A DNA stretch of 64,000 nt from an uncultured Verrucomicrobiae bacterium (GCA_963815455.1 CAWFGO010000003.1:288001-352000); one strand, 5' to 3'. Shown: positions 1 to 10,287, counted from the first letter of the stretch. A program made the numbers and translations. The notes: generated from the letters alone by a model not told the origin.

Positions 1-581
1 CGAAATGCCGCCCGGCTCGGGTCTTCGATGTGCGTGACGTTTGGGGTCATCTTCGCCCAGACCGGTTTTTTCGCAGCAGCCATCACCCAGCCCGCTACCT
101 CTTCCAGAATCTCCGGGTTCTCGCCCATGGCCGCGCCCATTTTCCGCTCGGGCAATCCATGCGGGCAGGAGAAATTCAGCTCGAACGAATCGACCCCCGC
201 ATCCTGACAGCGCTCGACGATTTCCGTCCAGGCATCCTTGTTATACTCCTCCATGATCGAGGCAATCAGAATGCCGTCGGGAAATTGGTCTTTGCATTTC
301 TTGAACTCGTCCAGCCAGATCTCGAATTTGCGGTCGCTGATCAACTCGATGTTCTCCCAGCCGATAACGTCCTTTGGATCGTTGGCGTGCAGTTTCGCGT
401 AACGCGGGGTGACATTGATCACCTTGGACGAATCCAGGCTCACGGTTTTCGCGATCACCGCGCCCCAGCCTTCGCGGAAGGCGCGGGTAATGACGTTGAG
501 ATTGGTCCCGGGCGGGCCGGACCCGATGACAAATGGGTTTGGCAACTTCAATCCATCGACGGTGGTGGCAAGTGTTGGCAT
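1..581 (-). CDS. preA: NAD-dependent dihydropyrimidine dehydrogenase subunit PreA (3' part outside window)
   Basis: Manual minus-strand translation from ATG at 581: MPTLATTVDGLKLPNPFVIGSGPPGTN...GWENIELISD...ELNFSCPHGLPERKMGAAMGENP...VWAKMTPN. These are typical DHPD FMN-domain motifs. The gene is not in the ORF track because it runs off the window edge. Confidence 0.9.
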   Translation of the reverse strand, partial: MPTLATTVDGLKLPNPFVIGSGPPGTNLNVITRAFREGWGAVIAKTVSLDSSKVINVTPRYAKLHANDPKDVIGWENIELISDRKFEIWLDEFKKCKDQFPDGILIASIMEEYNKDAWTEIVERCQDAGVDSFELNFSCPHGLPERKMGAAMGENPEILEEVAGWVMAAAKKPVWAKMTPNVTHIEDPSRAAF

Positions 582-654
582 ATCTAACTCCAATTTTCTA
601 GGGGTTACATTCTAGGCGGTCATCGCCGGAAGTTCGATAAGATGGCTGCAATAG

Positions 655-778
655 AGCTCCAATCCCAAGCTCCAACTCCAGTGAAAATCCAAACACCAAG
701 TTCCGAAGCGGAGAGTCTTCCCGTTGAAGCTTGGACATTGGAGCCTCTTTGGGGCTTGGTTATTGGGATTTGTGCTTA
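655..778. repeat. Intergenic inverted element built of degenerate 7-mer units
   Basis: Left arm CCAATCCCAAGCTCCAACTCCA...ATCCAAACACCAAG is mirrored by right arm CTTGGACATTGGAGC...GGGGCTTGGTTATTGGGATTT. Confidence 0.6.
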
Positions 779-2025
779 GGACCTGCCGATCCAATGCATG
801 GCTTTGTCCGCAAGTTTGTCCAGCGCGCTCACCGCGAGCTCCAGATGATCTTCCTTCGTGTCCTCGATCTTGTTGTGACTGATACCGTGAAGGCTTTGCA
901 CAAACATCATCACTGTTGGGACACCGGCGCGAGCGACCTCCGCCGCGTCGTGCAGCGGACCGGATGGAAGGCGATGCGGCTTGGCGCCGGCTTCTGAGAT
1001 CGCGTCGTCGCAAAATCCAATAAGATCTTTGTTGAACAAGATCGGCTCGATGCTCCAGAGCCGCTCCCAGGCAACGGACACGTTTCCTTCTTTGGCGAAT
1101 TTCTCGCTCGCGTCTTTCGCCTCGCTCAACATCTGCGCAAGCGCTTTGGCATCGAGATGGCGCTGATCCAACGTGATCCGGCATTCTTCGACTACACTGG
1201 TAACGATACCCGGTTTGGTTGTGCACGAGCCAATCGTGCAAACGCCGTTGCCGCTGCGTTCGTGCGATCCGATAAATTTCCGGGCTCATTTTGGCTGCGG
1301 CCAGGAAAGCATCGCGACGTCGATTCATCGGCGTGCTGCCGGAATGGGCGGCTTGCCCACGAAACGTGATGGCGTGACGCTCGACGCCGAAAGTTCCGAG
1401 CACCGTGCCGAGCGGAAGATCGAGATCGAGCAGCACCGGGCCCTGTTCGATGTGCAATTCGATATAAGCGGCGGCGTTCTTCAATTCCTTCCCGGAATCT
1501 CTTCACCTTTTCGAAATCGATTCCGTATTCCTTCACCGCGTCAACCAGACGAATCCCATCTCTGTCTTTCAGTCCGCGCGTCTCGTCCATGTCGATCTTG
1601 CCCGAGCAGGCCGACGAACCGAAAAGGCTTTTGCCGAAGCGCGCGCCTTCCTCATCCGCCCAATCCACCAGCCGAACCGTTACCGGCGGCTTGCCGTTGT
1701 ATTGCGAATTGATGCGTCGCAAAATCTCGACACCGGCCATCGTATTCAGGCAACCGTCGAGCCACCCGCCATTCGGCACGGAATCGATATGCCCGCCAAT
1801 CAATAGCGCTTTGTCGATCTTGCCGGGCAAGGTTGCCCACAGGTTTCCCGCCGCGTCAGAATGAACCTCAGCCCCAATCCCCTCGACTTTGGCTCGCAAC
1901 CATTTCCGCGCTTTGGCCCACGCCGGCGTAAATGCTATGCGCTGTGCGCCATTCTCATCGCCTGTCAAAGCACGCAACTCTTTGAGGTCGGTGATTGTCT
2001 GTTTAGGATTTAGTTCTCCGGCCAT
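776..2025 (-). CDS. Zn-dependent hydantoinase/carbamoylase-family amidase (M20; beta-ureidopropionase-like), split by 2 frameshifts
   Basis: ORFs 1192..2025 (GGHIDSVPNGGWLDG, DEEGARF), 612..1484 (YIELHIEQGPVL, GQAAHSGSTPM) and 776..1171 (SGPLHDA, GISHNKIE) are consecutive pieces of one protein. It lies directly upstream of preA. Confidence 0.88.
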
Positions 2026-2271
2026 TTATTTGAAAGGAATGATCGGTGATTTTGAGATGGGCTACCATCGCAGCACCAGCTTTTTCCCCCGCTCCGCCAG
2101 TTTCGCCAATCCCGCTCCGCCGATTTCTCCTAACCCGGCCCCCCCAAATTGTGCCCAATCCAGCTCTTCCGACGGTGACGCCATTGCCGAGCACCTCGCC
2201 GACTCCCACGCCGACGCCGTCGCCATTCTAGTAGCGATTTTCTCCGGTTGACCTCGCGTCACGTCAACTAC

Positions 2272-2883
2272 TCAGCGCCACTCCGGCATGTATTTCCAAT
2301 TCCGGGGCTTCCCCTGGGCCAGCCACCGCATGGACACCTCTAATCGCTGCTCCCGCGTTTCGGCTCGTTTGGCCTCGCTCAGCCATTCCAGATAATCGCG
2401 CTGCTGGCTTGGGCTGAGACTCTCGAATGTCCTACCCGCTTTGGCATTTTTCCTAATCGCTGCGCGGAAATAATTCGGGACTTTCGGTGGCGGCTTTTTC
2501 TTTGGCCTCGACTGGACCGGCGCCTTTACGCCGGTGCGATTGAGTTTGGCCGCCTTCTTCACTTACCCGATGAGCGTCTGGTCTTTTGGCAATTGGGCGA
2601 GGGACTTGATTCGACCAAAATTTCCCATCGCCTCCCGGTCCGCGAGTCTATCCCCATCGAACATCAATTCCGCTTTCCAAAAACCAAAGGCGCAATGCTC
2701 CTTGAACGCGGCCATGCCGCACATGATTCCTTCGTAGTCGAAGTGCGGAAAGTTCCATTTGATGGTCTCTTTCACCTCCGGGCATCCTGCGTGAACGATC
2801 TTGCGGAGCCGCCTTAGGATCGGCCGGGCAAACGGCGCGGCTTTCTCAATATATCGATCAACGCGGGGGTCTTTGCGCGGCAT
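2272..2883 (-). CDS. YdeI/OmpD-associated family protein (DUF1801 + OmdA), interrupted by an in-frame TAA at 2563-2565
   Basis: ORFs 2563..2883 (DPRVDRYIEKA...ETIKWNFPHF) and 2272..2562 (QRDYLEWLSEAKRAETREQRL) are in the same frame. They are separated by GGG TAA GTG, probably a TAC (Tyr) codon originally. Confidence 0.8.
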
Positions 2884-3013
2884 AACCAGCGCGAATGATG
2901 TTACCTAACCCGTTCGCGATTGGACAAATCTTTTCTCCACAAAAGACAATTCTCGCCTCAAAAAAGTCGCCAAAAACGCAGAATCTGGCGCGGGGATAGC
3001 TTCTTTTCCCGGG

Positions 3014-3727
3014 ATGCCTTCGTTCCCCCGACAAGCGATACGCCGCGCCATAATCCTCTGCACTGGAGTGATCACCTTCTTTGCCACGTTATCGGACCTG
3101 ACCGCACAACCGCGAAAGGTTCGCCGTCATTACAAGCGGCATGCAACCCTCGCGCTCCAGCCATTTTCGCTCGATAGGCCCTCCCGGGTTCGCCTGGCCT
3201 ATAACTCACCAGGCCGGGTCGTCTACGCCAGATCGGTCCCGCGCGATCGCGACGACGAGTCCGTCTTCACAAATAAGATCGACAACGGAAGCGGACGCCC
3301 CACGGTTCCGGGCAAGCGCGCTGTTCTACGTAACGGCGTGGCCTATGCGCCATCCAGCGCTCCTGAAAGCGTCAAATCCGCAATTTGGGCGGCCAACCAA
3401 ATCCGTCATAAGCCTTACGTCTGGGGCGGCGGTCACGGCTCCCTTAACGATTACGGCTACGACTGTTCGGGCACGGTTTCCTATGCGCTTCATCACGCCG
3501 GTCTTCTCGGCGCACCAATCGCTTCCAATGATTTTCTGGGTTATGGCCAGAGAGGCCGCGGCCGGTGGATAACCGTTTACGCCCGCCATGGGCATACCTT
3601 CGCCATGATTGCCGGTTTACGCCTCGACACGACCGATTTTCGTTACGGCGGCGACGTCGGCCCACGCTGGCACCCCGACAGCCGCGATACTCGCGGGTTC
3701 AGCGCGCGGCATCCGGAAGGCCTGTAA
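3014..3727 (+). CDS. NlpC/P60-like peptidoglycan endopeptidase, secreted
   Basis: N-terminal hydrophobic segment. Motif KPYVWGGGH...YDCSGTVSY with a downstream catalytic His (HTF). Confidence 0.8.
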   Translation: MPSFPRQAIRRAIILCTGVITFFATLSDLTAQPRKVRRHYKRHATLALQPFSLDRPSRVRLAYNSPGRVVYARSVPRDRDDESVFTNKIDNGSGRPTVPGKRAVLRNGVAYAPSSAPESVKSAIWAANQIRHKPYVWGGGHGSLNDYGYDCSGTVSYALHHAGLLGAPIASNDFLGYGQRGRGRWITVYARHGHTFAMIAGLRLDTTDFRYGGDVGPRWHPDSRDTRGFSARHPEGL

Positions 3728-3730
3728 TGC

Positions 3731-3805
3731 TGTAGCGTCCGCTGTCCTCAGCGGACTCCGTGTCGGTTCCGCCCAGCAGATGCGCTGAGGACCGCGCACT
3801 CTACA
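3731..3805. repeat. GTAG-type REP doublet (REPIN-like)
   Basis: Termini TGTAGCG...CTCTACA with internal hairpin TCCGCTG-TCCT-CAGCGGA, immediately after a stop codon. Confidence 0.65.
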
Positions 3806-3887
3806 GCGCGACCGAGCAAGTTCGCGCCCGCCGATTTTCACGCACTTTGAGCGTGCAAAAGCGGCTCGCCTGCCTCAGAAACAAGTC

Positions 3888-4037
3888 ATGAACATCACCA
3901 AAAACCTCGGAATGCTCCTGCTCGCGATTTATCTCATCCTCGTCGGTATCATAGCCCTTGCCGGCTTTGCGATCCCACCCATCGTGATGGGCATTCTGGC
4001 CCTGGCCGCCGGAATCCTGATTCTGATCGGGAAGTAA
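3888..4037 (+). CDS. Small (49 aa) two-helix membrane protein, below the ORF-track cutoff
   Basis: Manual translation: MNITKNLGMLLLAIYLILVGIIALAGFAIPPIVMGILALAAGILILIGK*. Strong GC3 codon bias, and it fills an intergenic gap. Confidence 0.8.
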   Translation: MNITKNLGMLLLAIYLILVGIIALAGFAIPPIVMGILALAAGILILIGK

Positions 4038-4039
4038 AA

Positions 4040-4127
4040 GGTGGATCGAGCAGTCCCTTGCTCGATGTTAATTTGAGCGGCGAAGCCGCATTTGTTCTAG
4101 CATCGCCCGCGGAGCGGCCGATCCACC
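4040..4127. repeat. GGTGGATCG...CGATCCACC structured repeat, copy 1
   Basis: 9-bp terminal inverted repeat enclosing two internal hairpins. Homologous to 11728-11816 and 14251-14331. Confidence 0.8.
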
Positions 4128-4134
4128 AAGCACC

Positions 4135-4794
4135 TCACAGCACGCCAACCGCGCGCGAGATCAGCAGGACTATTATGCTGAGCGAGATAGAGACCTGCAC
4201 CATGGCCAGAACTTTGGCCCACCGCGCCAGCAGTGGCGCGTCGGTTGGGCCGAAAGTTGAGCTTTGGGTGAAGGCGACAAAGAGATAATCGATAAAACGG
4301 GGTCGCCACCGCGGACACTCAAATTGAGCCCGTTCGTCCTGCGGGATTTGCATTTGCGGAAATAGAAAACTGGTGCTGCCGAATTTCTTTTGCTCGTGAC
4401 GCACCGTCGGGCCCCCGCCATCAAGGCGCCAATACCAAAGCGCGAATACAATCACGTTCGTTAGCCAGAGTAATCCGCCTGAGCGCAACAATTGAAGCGG
4501 CGCCTCCCGGTGAGTTGGCAGCGCTCGCACCAATAGAGCGACCGAGCAGATCAACGCCAGCGTCGTGATCCCATTAATTAGAAAACCGAGAGCGCGATTG
4601 AGCGAGTGCTTCCCTCGCCGATGGCTAACCACCGTCGGGATTAAAAGACCAACAATCAAGGTCGGAAGCAGCCAGGTTGGCCCGATGATGAGGTTGCGCG
4701 GCAGCGCCAGATAAATCGCGCCCACTGCCAGGAATGCCAGGAGCGCCTGCCAGCGCGGCTCGGGTTTGTCGATATGGTCGTGCTGGTTCGCCAC
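4135..4794 (-). CDS. DUF1345-like membrane protein
   Basis: Multiple TM segments. Motifs FALWYWRLD, FLFPQM and WRPRFIDYLFVAFTQSSTFGPTD. Probable GTG start at 4794 (ORF track starts at 4848). Confidence 0.7.
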   Translation of the reverse strand: MANQHDHIDKPEPRWQALLAFLAVGAIYLALPRNLIIGPTWLLPTLIVGLLIPTVVSHRRGKHSLNRALGFLINGITTLALICSVALLVRALPTHREAPLQLLRSGGLLWLTNVIVFALWYWRLDGGGPTVRHEQKKFGSTSFLFPQMQIPQDERAQFECPRWRPRFIDYLFVAFTQSSTFGPTDAPLLARWAKVLAMVQVSISLSIIVLLISRAVGVL

Positions 4795-4945
4795 CTCTTC
4801 GCTATAGCAGAAGTTGCGGTTCGCGCGAGATTCCGCTTTCAAATGCAACGGGCAACCCCTCTCCGTGATAGCGGCGGACGTGGCCGCAGTCGGGCGGGAA
4901 ATTTTTCATTGACCACCCGATCACAAGCCGTCTGATGTAACCGCC

Positions 4946-6766
4946 ATGTTTAAGATCCTTTTGAAATACGTTCTTGGAGTCGTCGTCGCGGTCGTGATCG
5001 CGGCCGCGATTCTGCTGATCAATCTGATTTATTTTCGCCCGTGGAACCTGAATCTCTTTTACGAAAAGGTTTTTGCGGAAACTGTTTTCAATGAACCGGA
5101 GCTGCTTTCGTCGCTTGGCCTGGTCGAGCAGTTCGGCATCACCACCCACAACGGGAAGCTAAGCGACGAATCCCCGGCACATCAACAAGCGGTCATCGAT
5201 CGGTGGAAGAAAGATCTCAAGCAGCTCCGCGAATACCCGTTGGATCGACAATCGCCGTCGCAAAAGCTGTCCACCCGCGTGCTGGACTGGTTCGTCGAGC
5301 GCCAGGTCGAAGGCGAGAAGTGGCAGTTCCACAATTATCCCGTCAACCAGCTCTTCGGCGTCCAGAACCAGCTTCCATCGTTCATGGCAAACACGCACCG
5401 GCTGCTGGCCAAGCAGGATTGCGAATATTACATCATGCGACTCGACGCCGTTCCGAGAAAGTTCGACCAACTTCTTGAAAGCCTGAAAGTCCGGGAAGAC
5501 AAACAGATTCTGCCGCCGCGTTTTGTGGTCGAGAAAGTGTTGAAGGAGATGAGCGATTTCATCGCCAAGCCGGCTGGGGAAAATATTCTCGCTACATCGT
5601 TCAAGACGCGCGCCGCCAAGATCGACAAGTTAACCGAGGCCGAGCGGAGCGATTTTCAGAAACGCGTTGAAACGTCGATCACAAGCAACGTTTATCCCGC
5701 CTATCAGAAGCTGATCGATTACTTCAAAGGCATCGAGCCGAAAACAACGACAGACGATGGCGTGTGGAAATTGCCCGATGGCGACGCGTTTTATGCCTAC
5801 GCCCTGCATGAAAACACGACCACGACGCTAAAACCAAATGAAGTGCACGATCTCGGTTTGGGGGAAGTGACGCGGATCGAGGCAGAGATGCGAGCGATTC
5901 TCGATTCTAATGGATTTATCAATGTCCCAATCGGTGAGGCTATGGACAAGCTCGGAAAGGACCCGCGTTTTCTTTACTCGAACGACGACAAGGGCCGCGC
6001 CGAGGCGTTGGCCGAATACACGCGGTTGATCGATTCGGCGACGGAGCGTTGCAAACAATTGTTCCTGACCTATCCAAAAGCGAAATGCGAAGTGCATCGC
6101 GTGGAAACGTTCAAGGAAGCGACTGCGCCCGGCGCCTATTATGAGGGCGCCACCATGGACGGATCGCGTCCGGGGGTGTTTTACGCCAATCTGCGAGACA
6201 TGAACGAAGTGCCGAAGTGGGGCATGCCGACACTGGCATATCACGAGGGTGTTCCCGGACATCACTGGCAAATCTCGATCGCACGGGAACTCAAAGGTGT
6301 GCCGCAATTCCGCAAAGTGATTCCGTTCACGGCCTACTCGGAAGGCTGGGCCCTCTATGCGGAATGGCTGGCCAAACAAGCCGGCTGGTACGATAACGAC
6401 CCGTTCGGCGATCTCGGCCGTTTGCAGGCCGAGCTGTTCCGCGCGGTCCGGCTGGTTGTCGATACCGGAATTCACACGAAACATTGGACGCGGGAGCAAG
6501 CCATCGCTTACATGCGCGAAAAAACGGGCATGGGAGAAAAGGAAGTCACCGCAGAGATCGAGCGATACATCGTAATTCCAGGCCAGGCGTGCGCATACAA
6601 GATCGGAATGCTAAAAATTCAGGAATTACGCACCCGAGCGCAAAACGAGCTGGGGGAGAAATTTGATCAGCGCGAATTTCACGACACGCTGCTAAAAAAC
6701 GGCGCGCTGCCGCTGGAGATTTTGGAAGAACAGGTAAACGATTACATTCAATCCAAGAAAGCGTAA
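4946..6766 (+). CDS. DUF885 family protein (putative Zn metallopeptidase)
   Basis: 606 aa with N-terminal TM. Motifs LAYHEGVPGHHWQ, TAYSEGWALYAE, RAVRLVVDTGIH and PGQACAYKIG. Confidence 0.9.
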   Translation: MFKILLKYVLGVVVAVVIAAAILLINLIYFRPWNLNLFYEKVFAETVFNEPELLSSLGLVEQFGITTHNGKLSDESPAHQQAVIDRWKKDLKQLREYPLDRQSPSQKLSTRVLDWFVERQVEGEKWQFHNYPVNQLFGVQNQLPSFMANTHRLLAKQDCEYYIMRLDAVPRKFDQLLESLKVREDKQILPPRFVVEKVLKEMSDFIAKPAGENILATSFKTRAAKIDKLTEAERSDFQKRVETSITSNVYPAYQKLIDYFKGIEPKTTTDDGVWKLPDGDAFYAYALHENTTTTLKPNEVHDLGLGEVTRIEAEMRAILDSNGFINVPIGEAMDKLGKDPRFLYSNDDKGRAEALAEYTRLIDSATERCKQLFLTYPKAKCEVHRVETFKEATAPGAYYEGATMDGSRPGVFYANLRDMNEVPKWGMPTLAYHEGVPGHHWQISIARELKGVPQFRKVIPFTAYSEGWALYAEWLAKQAGWYDNDPFGDLGRLQAELFRAVRLVVDTGIHTKHWTREQAIAYMREKTGMGEKEVTAEIERYIVIPGQACAYKIGMLKIQELRTRAQNELGEKFDQREFHDTLLKNGALPLEILEEQVNDYIQSKKA

Positions 6767-6768
6767 GC

Positions 6769-6816
6769 TGTAGTCGGAGTTGTTGACTCCGGCCGCGGTC
6801 AGCGCCCGTGGCTACA
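6769..6816. repeat. GTAG-type REP doublet
   Basis: TGTAGTCGGAGTTGTTGACTCCGGCCGCGGTCAGCGCCCGTGGCTACA. Similar copies at 44159-44207 and 50993-51017. Confidence 0.7.
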
Positions 6817-6821
6817 ACAAA

Positions 6822-7448
6822 ATGCGGAAAATTCTGATCACCCTTTTCATCGTTATCGCGCTGGCCGCAACAGTGGCCATCCTATGGGTATCGACGGGAC
6901 GGCAGATATCGACGTATGTCGATCGGCTCCGGACGATCGAAGCTTCGTCAAATCCGATCACCTTGCTCATTTACGAAGGAAATGGGACTGGTGGAGCTGT
7001 TCTCGTAAACGATCTCCGCCTCAACCTTGACCCTGTCGATTCAAAAACGGCGGCGCCTCATGTTGGGACCACCAAGGAAAATGAACTCGCATTGTCGTTC
7101 GGCGGAAAAGTATTTCCGTTCGGACCGGTTCCGCCAGCACCGGAAAATGGCGAAGAAGTTTTGCGCGTGGCGCCGCAATCCGGCGACAACGCTTCGATGA
7201 CCATTAGCCACAGCGTGCTGGACTGGATCGAGCCGTTCAACCTCAACTTCATGACCGGCCAGTCGCCCTCCCGGAAACGGCACATCTATTATGAGCTCGG
7301 GTGGAAAAGATCGTCCGGCGCGACTCTGAAAATGCTTTGGCGATACGAGCAACACTTCCTGCCGGGCAGCGGCTGGGGTAGTGGATTCATGATCCGGGAA
7401 GGCGAATCCGGCCTGATTCGCATTGAAATATCGGACGAGAATCATTAA
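6822..7448 (+). CDS. Hypothetical membrane-anchored protein
   Basis: ATG at 6822 gives MRKILITLFIVIALAATVAILW (signal anchor). Co-oriented between DUF885 and the cytochrome gene. Confidence 0.7.
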   Translation: MRKILITLFIVIALAATVAILWVSTGRQISTYVDRLRTIEASSNPITLLIYEGNGTGGAVLVNDLRLNLDPVDSKTAAPHVGTTKENELALSFGGKVFPFGPVPPAPENGEEVLRVAPQSGDNASMTISHSVLDWIEPFNLNFMTGQSPSRKRHIYYELGWKRSSGATLKMLWRYEQHFLPGSGWGSGFMIREGESGLIRIEISDENH

Positions 7449-7457
7449 GCCTGTTTC

Positions 7458-9063
7458 ATGCAGCATCGTGTGGCTGTTGCCGTTTCTGTCTCGGCCTTCA
7501 TGGCTCTTCTCGCTCTGGAATTGAGCGATTCCGCTCGGGCGGCGCCAAATTTAGGATCGGCACCTTCTGCCAGGATCGACATCGACCAGGTGCCGACATG
7601 GTCTCAGGACGACATGAATTTCTTTCTGCACGGTTCGATGAGCACCGAGGTCGTGCCGGAAAGCGTCCTGCGCGCGTTCATCAAGACCTATCCGGGACTG
7701 TTTCCGACTGAAGATCTCACCCATCTCGGGTTGATCCCCGACCCGGAATTTGGCTGGCCTATCGGATTCAGTCGCAAGCAAGAAGTCAAACATCTCGCCG
7801 GACTTTCCGCGGTTGGGATCAATTGCGCTTCGTGCCACGTCGCGCAAATCACTTCCAAGGCGTCCAACAAGCCGTTCCGGATTCTCGGCGCGACCAGTCA
7901 TTTCAACGTCGAAGGGTTCTTTGGTTCGATCATCGCAGCCACGTTCAAGACCGCGGACCCGGCTAACATGAAAAAATTTCTGGCCGCCTACGCCCAGGCG
8001 GATCCTAAGTACTTCGAAAAGGTCTGGCAAAAACAGGAAGAGAACATTGCCGCCGAAATGAAAGCCGATCCTTTTGGATCAAAGGACATTGCCCCAGGCG
8101 ATTTGCACGAGATCAACGGTGGCACTCTCTACCTGGATCAATATGCGCTGGAACACGATGTCGATCTTGCAGCGTCGGCGCATGAGATGTTGAAATTATT
8201 TCACAACATGCGCGCCGCGCTGCACGTGCCCGATAAACCGCCGGCCAAAGCGCCGCCCGCGTCCGGCCCAGGACGAAATGACGCCTTCGGTCTGCTCGTC
8301 GGCGAGTTTGCTTCACAAGCCCCAGCCGTATTCGCCGATCAAATTTGGTCTGGTTTGGAACATCGATCAGCGCACTTGGGTGCACTGGGACGGAAACACG
8401 AAATCGCCGATCGCTCGCAATCTGCTCGCGTCACTTGGACTCGGCGCGCCCATGCATGGAAAACACGCCGACCTCGAATTCGCCATGGTGAAACGACAAA
8501 CCGACATATCGGAAGCCATCCGGCCGCCGAAGTATCCGTTCGATGTCGATGCTGCGGCGGCCAAGCGCGGCGGTGCGCATTTTGTAGCGAAATGCGCGTC
8601 ATGCCATGCCAGTCCCGAAAGCGACAAGAGGTTGTACCCAGTCGCGGAAGTTGGGACCGATCCGCATCGGGCCGAAATGTTCACCCAGGAACTGGCTGAC
8701 GGGTTCAACAAATTTCTGGCGGACCTTGAAGCAGACGGCTACGAGCCACCGAAGGATGACGGGGTCCGCAGCACTGGAAAATATTGGGCCGCCACGCTGA
8801 ACGGAGTCTGGGCGCGCTCGCCCTATTTGCACAACGGTTCCGTCCGCACAATGCGCGAACTGCTGACGTCGCCGGCTGAACGCTCCAAGACGTTCCATCG
8901 CGGCTCCCGCACGTTCGACGAGAAAGAAATGGGCTACACCGATGAAGGCGCTTATGTGCTCGACACAAACCTGCCTGGCAATTCCAACTCCGGTCACAAT
9001 TACGGGACAGAATTGTCGGCCGATCAAAAGCGCGATCTAATCGAATACCTCAAAACGCTCTAG
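7458..9063 (+). CDS. Di-heme c-type cytochrome, RoxA/cytochrome c peroxidase-like, with one frameshift near 8295
   Basis: Signal peptide. One CASCH heme motif in each of ORFs 7458..8699 and 8278..9063, plus GPGRNDAF, VGTDP and PYLHNGSV...GNSNSGH motifs. Confidence 0.75.
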
Positions 9064-9073
9064 AGGCTGATCC

Positions 9074-9211
9074 TGTCATCCTGAGCGGAGCGAAGGACCC
9101 CGCGATAGAAGGGTCACGCGTGCGAGCAAGCAAGCGTTCACTACCCGAGCTGGTTCCCGAACGTTGTCTTCGGCAGCGAGATCCCTCGCGTCTGCGCGAC
9201 TCGGGATGACA
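9074..9211. repeat. GTCATCC(T/C)GAGC-family inverted-pair repeat
   Basis: TGTCATCCTGAGCGGAGCGAAGGAC...GATCCCTCGCG...CTCGGGATGACA. Other copies at 10327-10457, 42011-42123 and 55918-56013. Confidence 0.8.
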
Positions 9212-9222
9212 GAACAACGGGC

Positions 9223-10287
9223 CTAACGACCCAGCCATTCCGCTAGCTTCTTCTTCAATTCATCGATCCCCTGCCCCTTCGCAGCCGAGACAGCGACGAT
9301 GTCGATCTTGGGAAAGCGTTTTCGAAGCGTCTTGAGATTTTCGTCCGCGCCCGGCAAATCCATTTTGTTCGCGACGATAAACCACGGACGCGATGAAAGT
9401 GTCGAATCGTACAGATCGATTTCGCGCCGCAGTTGTTGCAAATCCTCAACCGGCGATCGCTCTTCGCTTCCGGCTGCATCAAGAACGAATAACAAAATCC
9501 GGCAGCGCGTGATATGCCGCAAAAATTCGTGCCCCAATCCGCGGCCTTGGTGTGCGCCTTCGATCAGACCCGGAATATCGGCAATCGTTGCTCGTCGATA
9601 AGCGGAAAATTCCACCACGCCGATTATCGGATGCAGCGTCGTGAACGGATAGGCCGCCACTTTCGGACGTGCCGCCGAAATATTTCTGAGCAAAGTCGAT
9701 TTACCCGCATTCGGATAACCAACAAGGCCGGCATCGGCGATCGTGCGCAGTTCGAGAAGGAAGTGCCCCTGATCGCCTTCATCGCCTTCGGTGTATTCAC
9801 GTGGCGCGCGATTACGCGAGTTCTTGAAATGCACATTTCCCTTTCCACCCTTCCCGCCATGACAAAGAAGAAAGTCCTGCCCATCCTGGGTAAGATCGGC
9901 AATCGGTTTGATTTTCGATGACGGCCCGTCCGGATCGGACCGATCTTCGATTTGTTGCATCACCTCCCCAGCCGTTGGACGCTGTCCCTCTGCTGTTTCC
10001 CACACGATCGTTCCCACCGGGACCTTCACAACCTTCGGCGGTGCCGCGCGCCCATGCATTTTCTTGCCCATCCCGTGCCCGCCGTTCCTGGCTTTGATGA
10101 TCGGCTCGTAGAACAGATTGGAAAGATTATCGGTGTGCCGATCCGCGCGCAGAATCACGTCGCCGCCCCGCCCGCCATCACCGCCATCGGGTCCGCCTTT
10201 CGGGACATATTTCTCCCGCCGAAAGCTTACACACCCGCGGCCGCCGCTGCCGGCTTGGGCGAAAACTTTGATTCGATCGACAAACAT
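9223..10287 (-). CDS. obgE: GTPase ObgE/CgtA
   Basis: MFVDRIKV...GGPDGGDGGRGG Obg fold. G1 GYPNAGKST, YPFTTLHP, DIPG and NKMD motifs. Confidence 0.97.
   Translation of the reverse strand: MFVDRIKVFAQAGSGGRGCVSFRREKYVPKGGPDGGDGGRGGDVILRADRHTDNLSNLFYEPIIKARNGGHGMGKKMHGRAAPPKVVKVPVGTIVWETAEGQRPTAGEVMQQIEDRSDPDGPSSKIKPIADLTQDGQDFLLCHGGKGGKGNVHFKNSRNRAPREYTEGDEGDQGHFLLELRTIADAGLVGYPNAGKSTLLRNISAARPKVAAYPFTTLHPIIGVVEFSAYRRATIADIPGLIEGAHQGRGLGHEFLRHITRCRILLFVLDAAGSEERSPVEDLQQLRREIDLYDSTLSSRPWFIVANKMDLPGADENLKTLRKRFPKIDIVAVSAAKGQGIDELKKKLAEWLGR

Noticed and set aside
30..587. 185-aa + strand ORF and many other long antisense ORFs in the track
   Set aside because: These are shadow ORFs of real genes on the opposite strand (here preA), typical of high-GC DNA.
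2046..2231. Pro/Thr-rich 61-aa ORF on the + strand
   Set aside because: Low complexity with no recognisable domain or clear start. It may be a gene remnant but cannot be supported.
2563..2565. Stop-codon readthrough or recoding in the YdeI-like gene
   Set aside because: It is a single TAA at a probable TAC position, and TAA is used as a normal stop elsewhere. A base error or point mutation is more likely.
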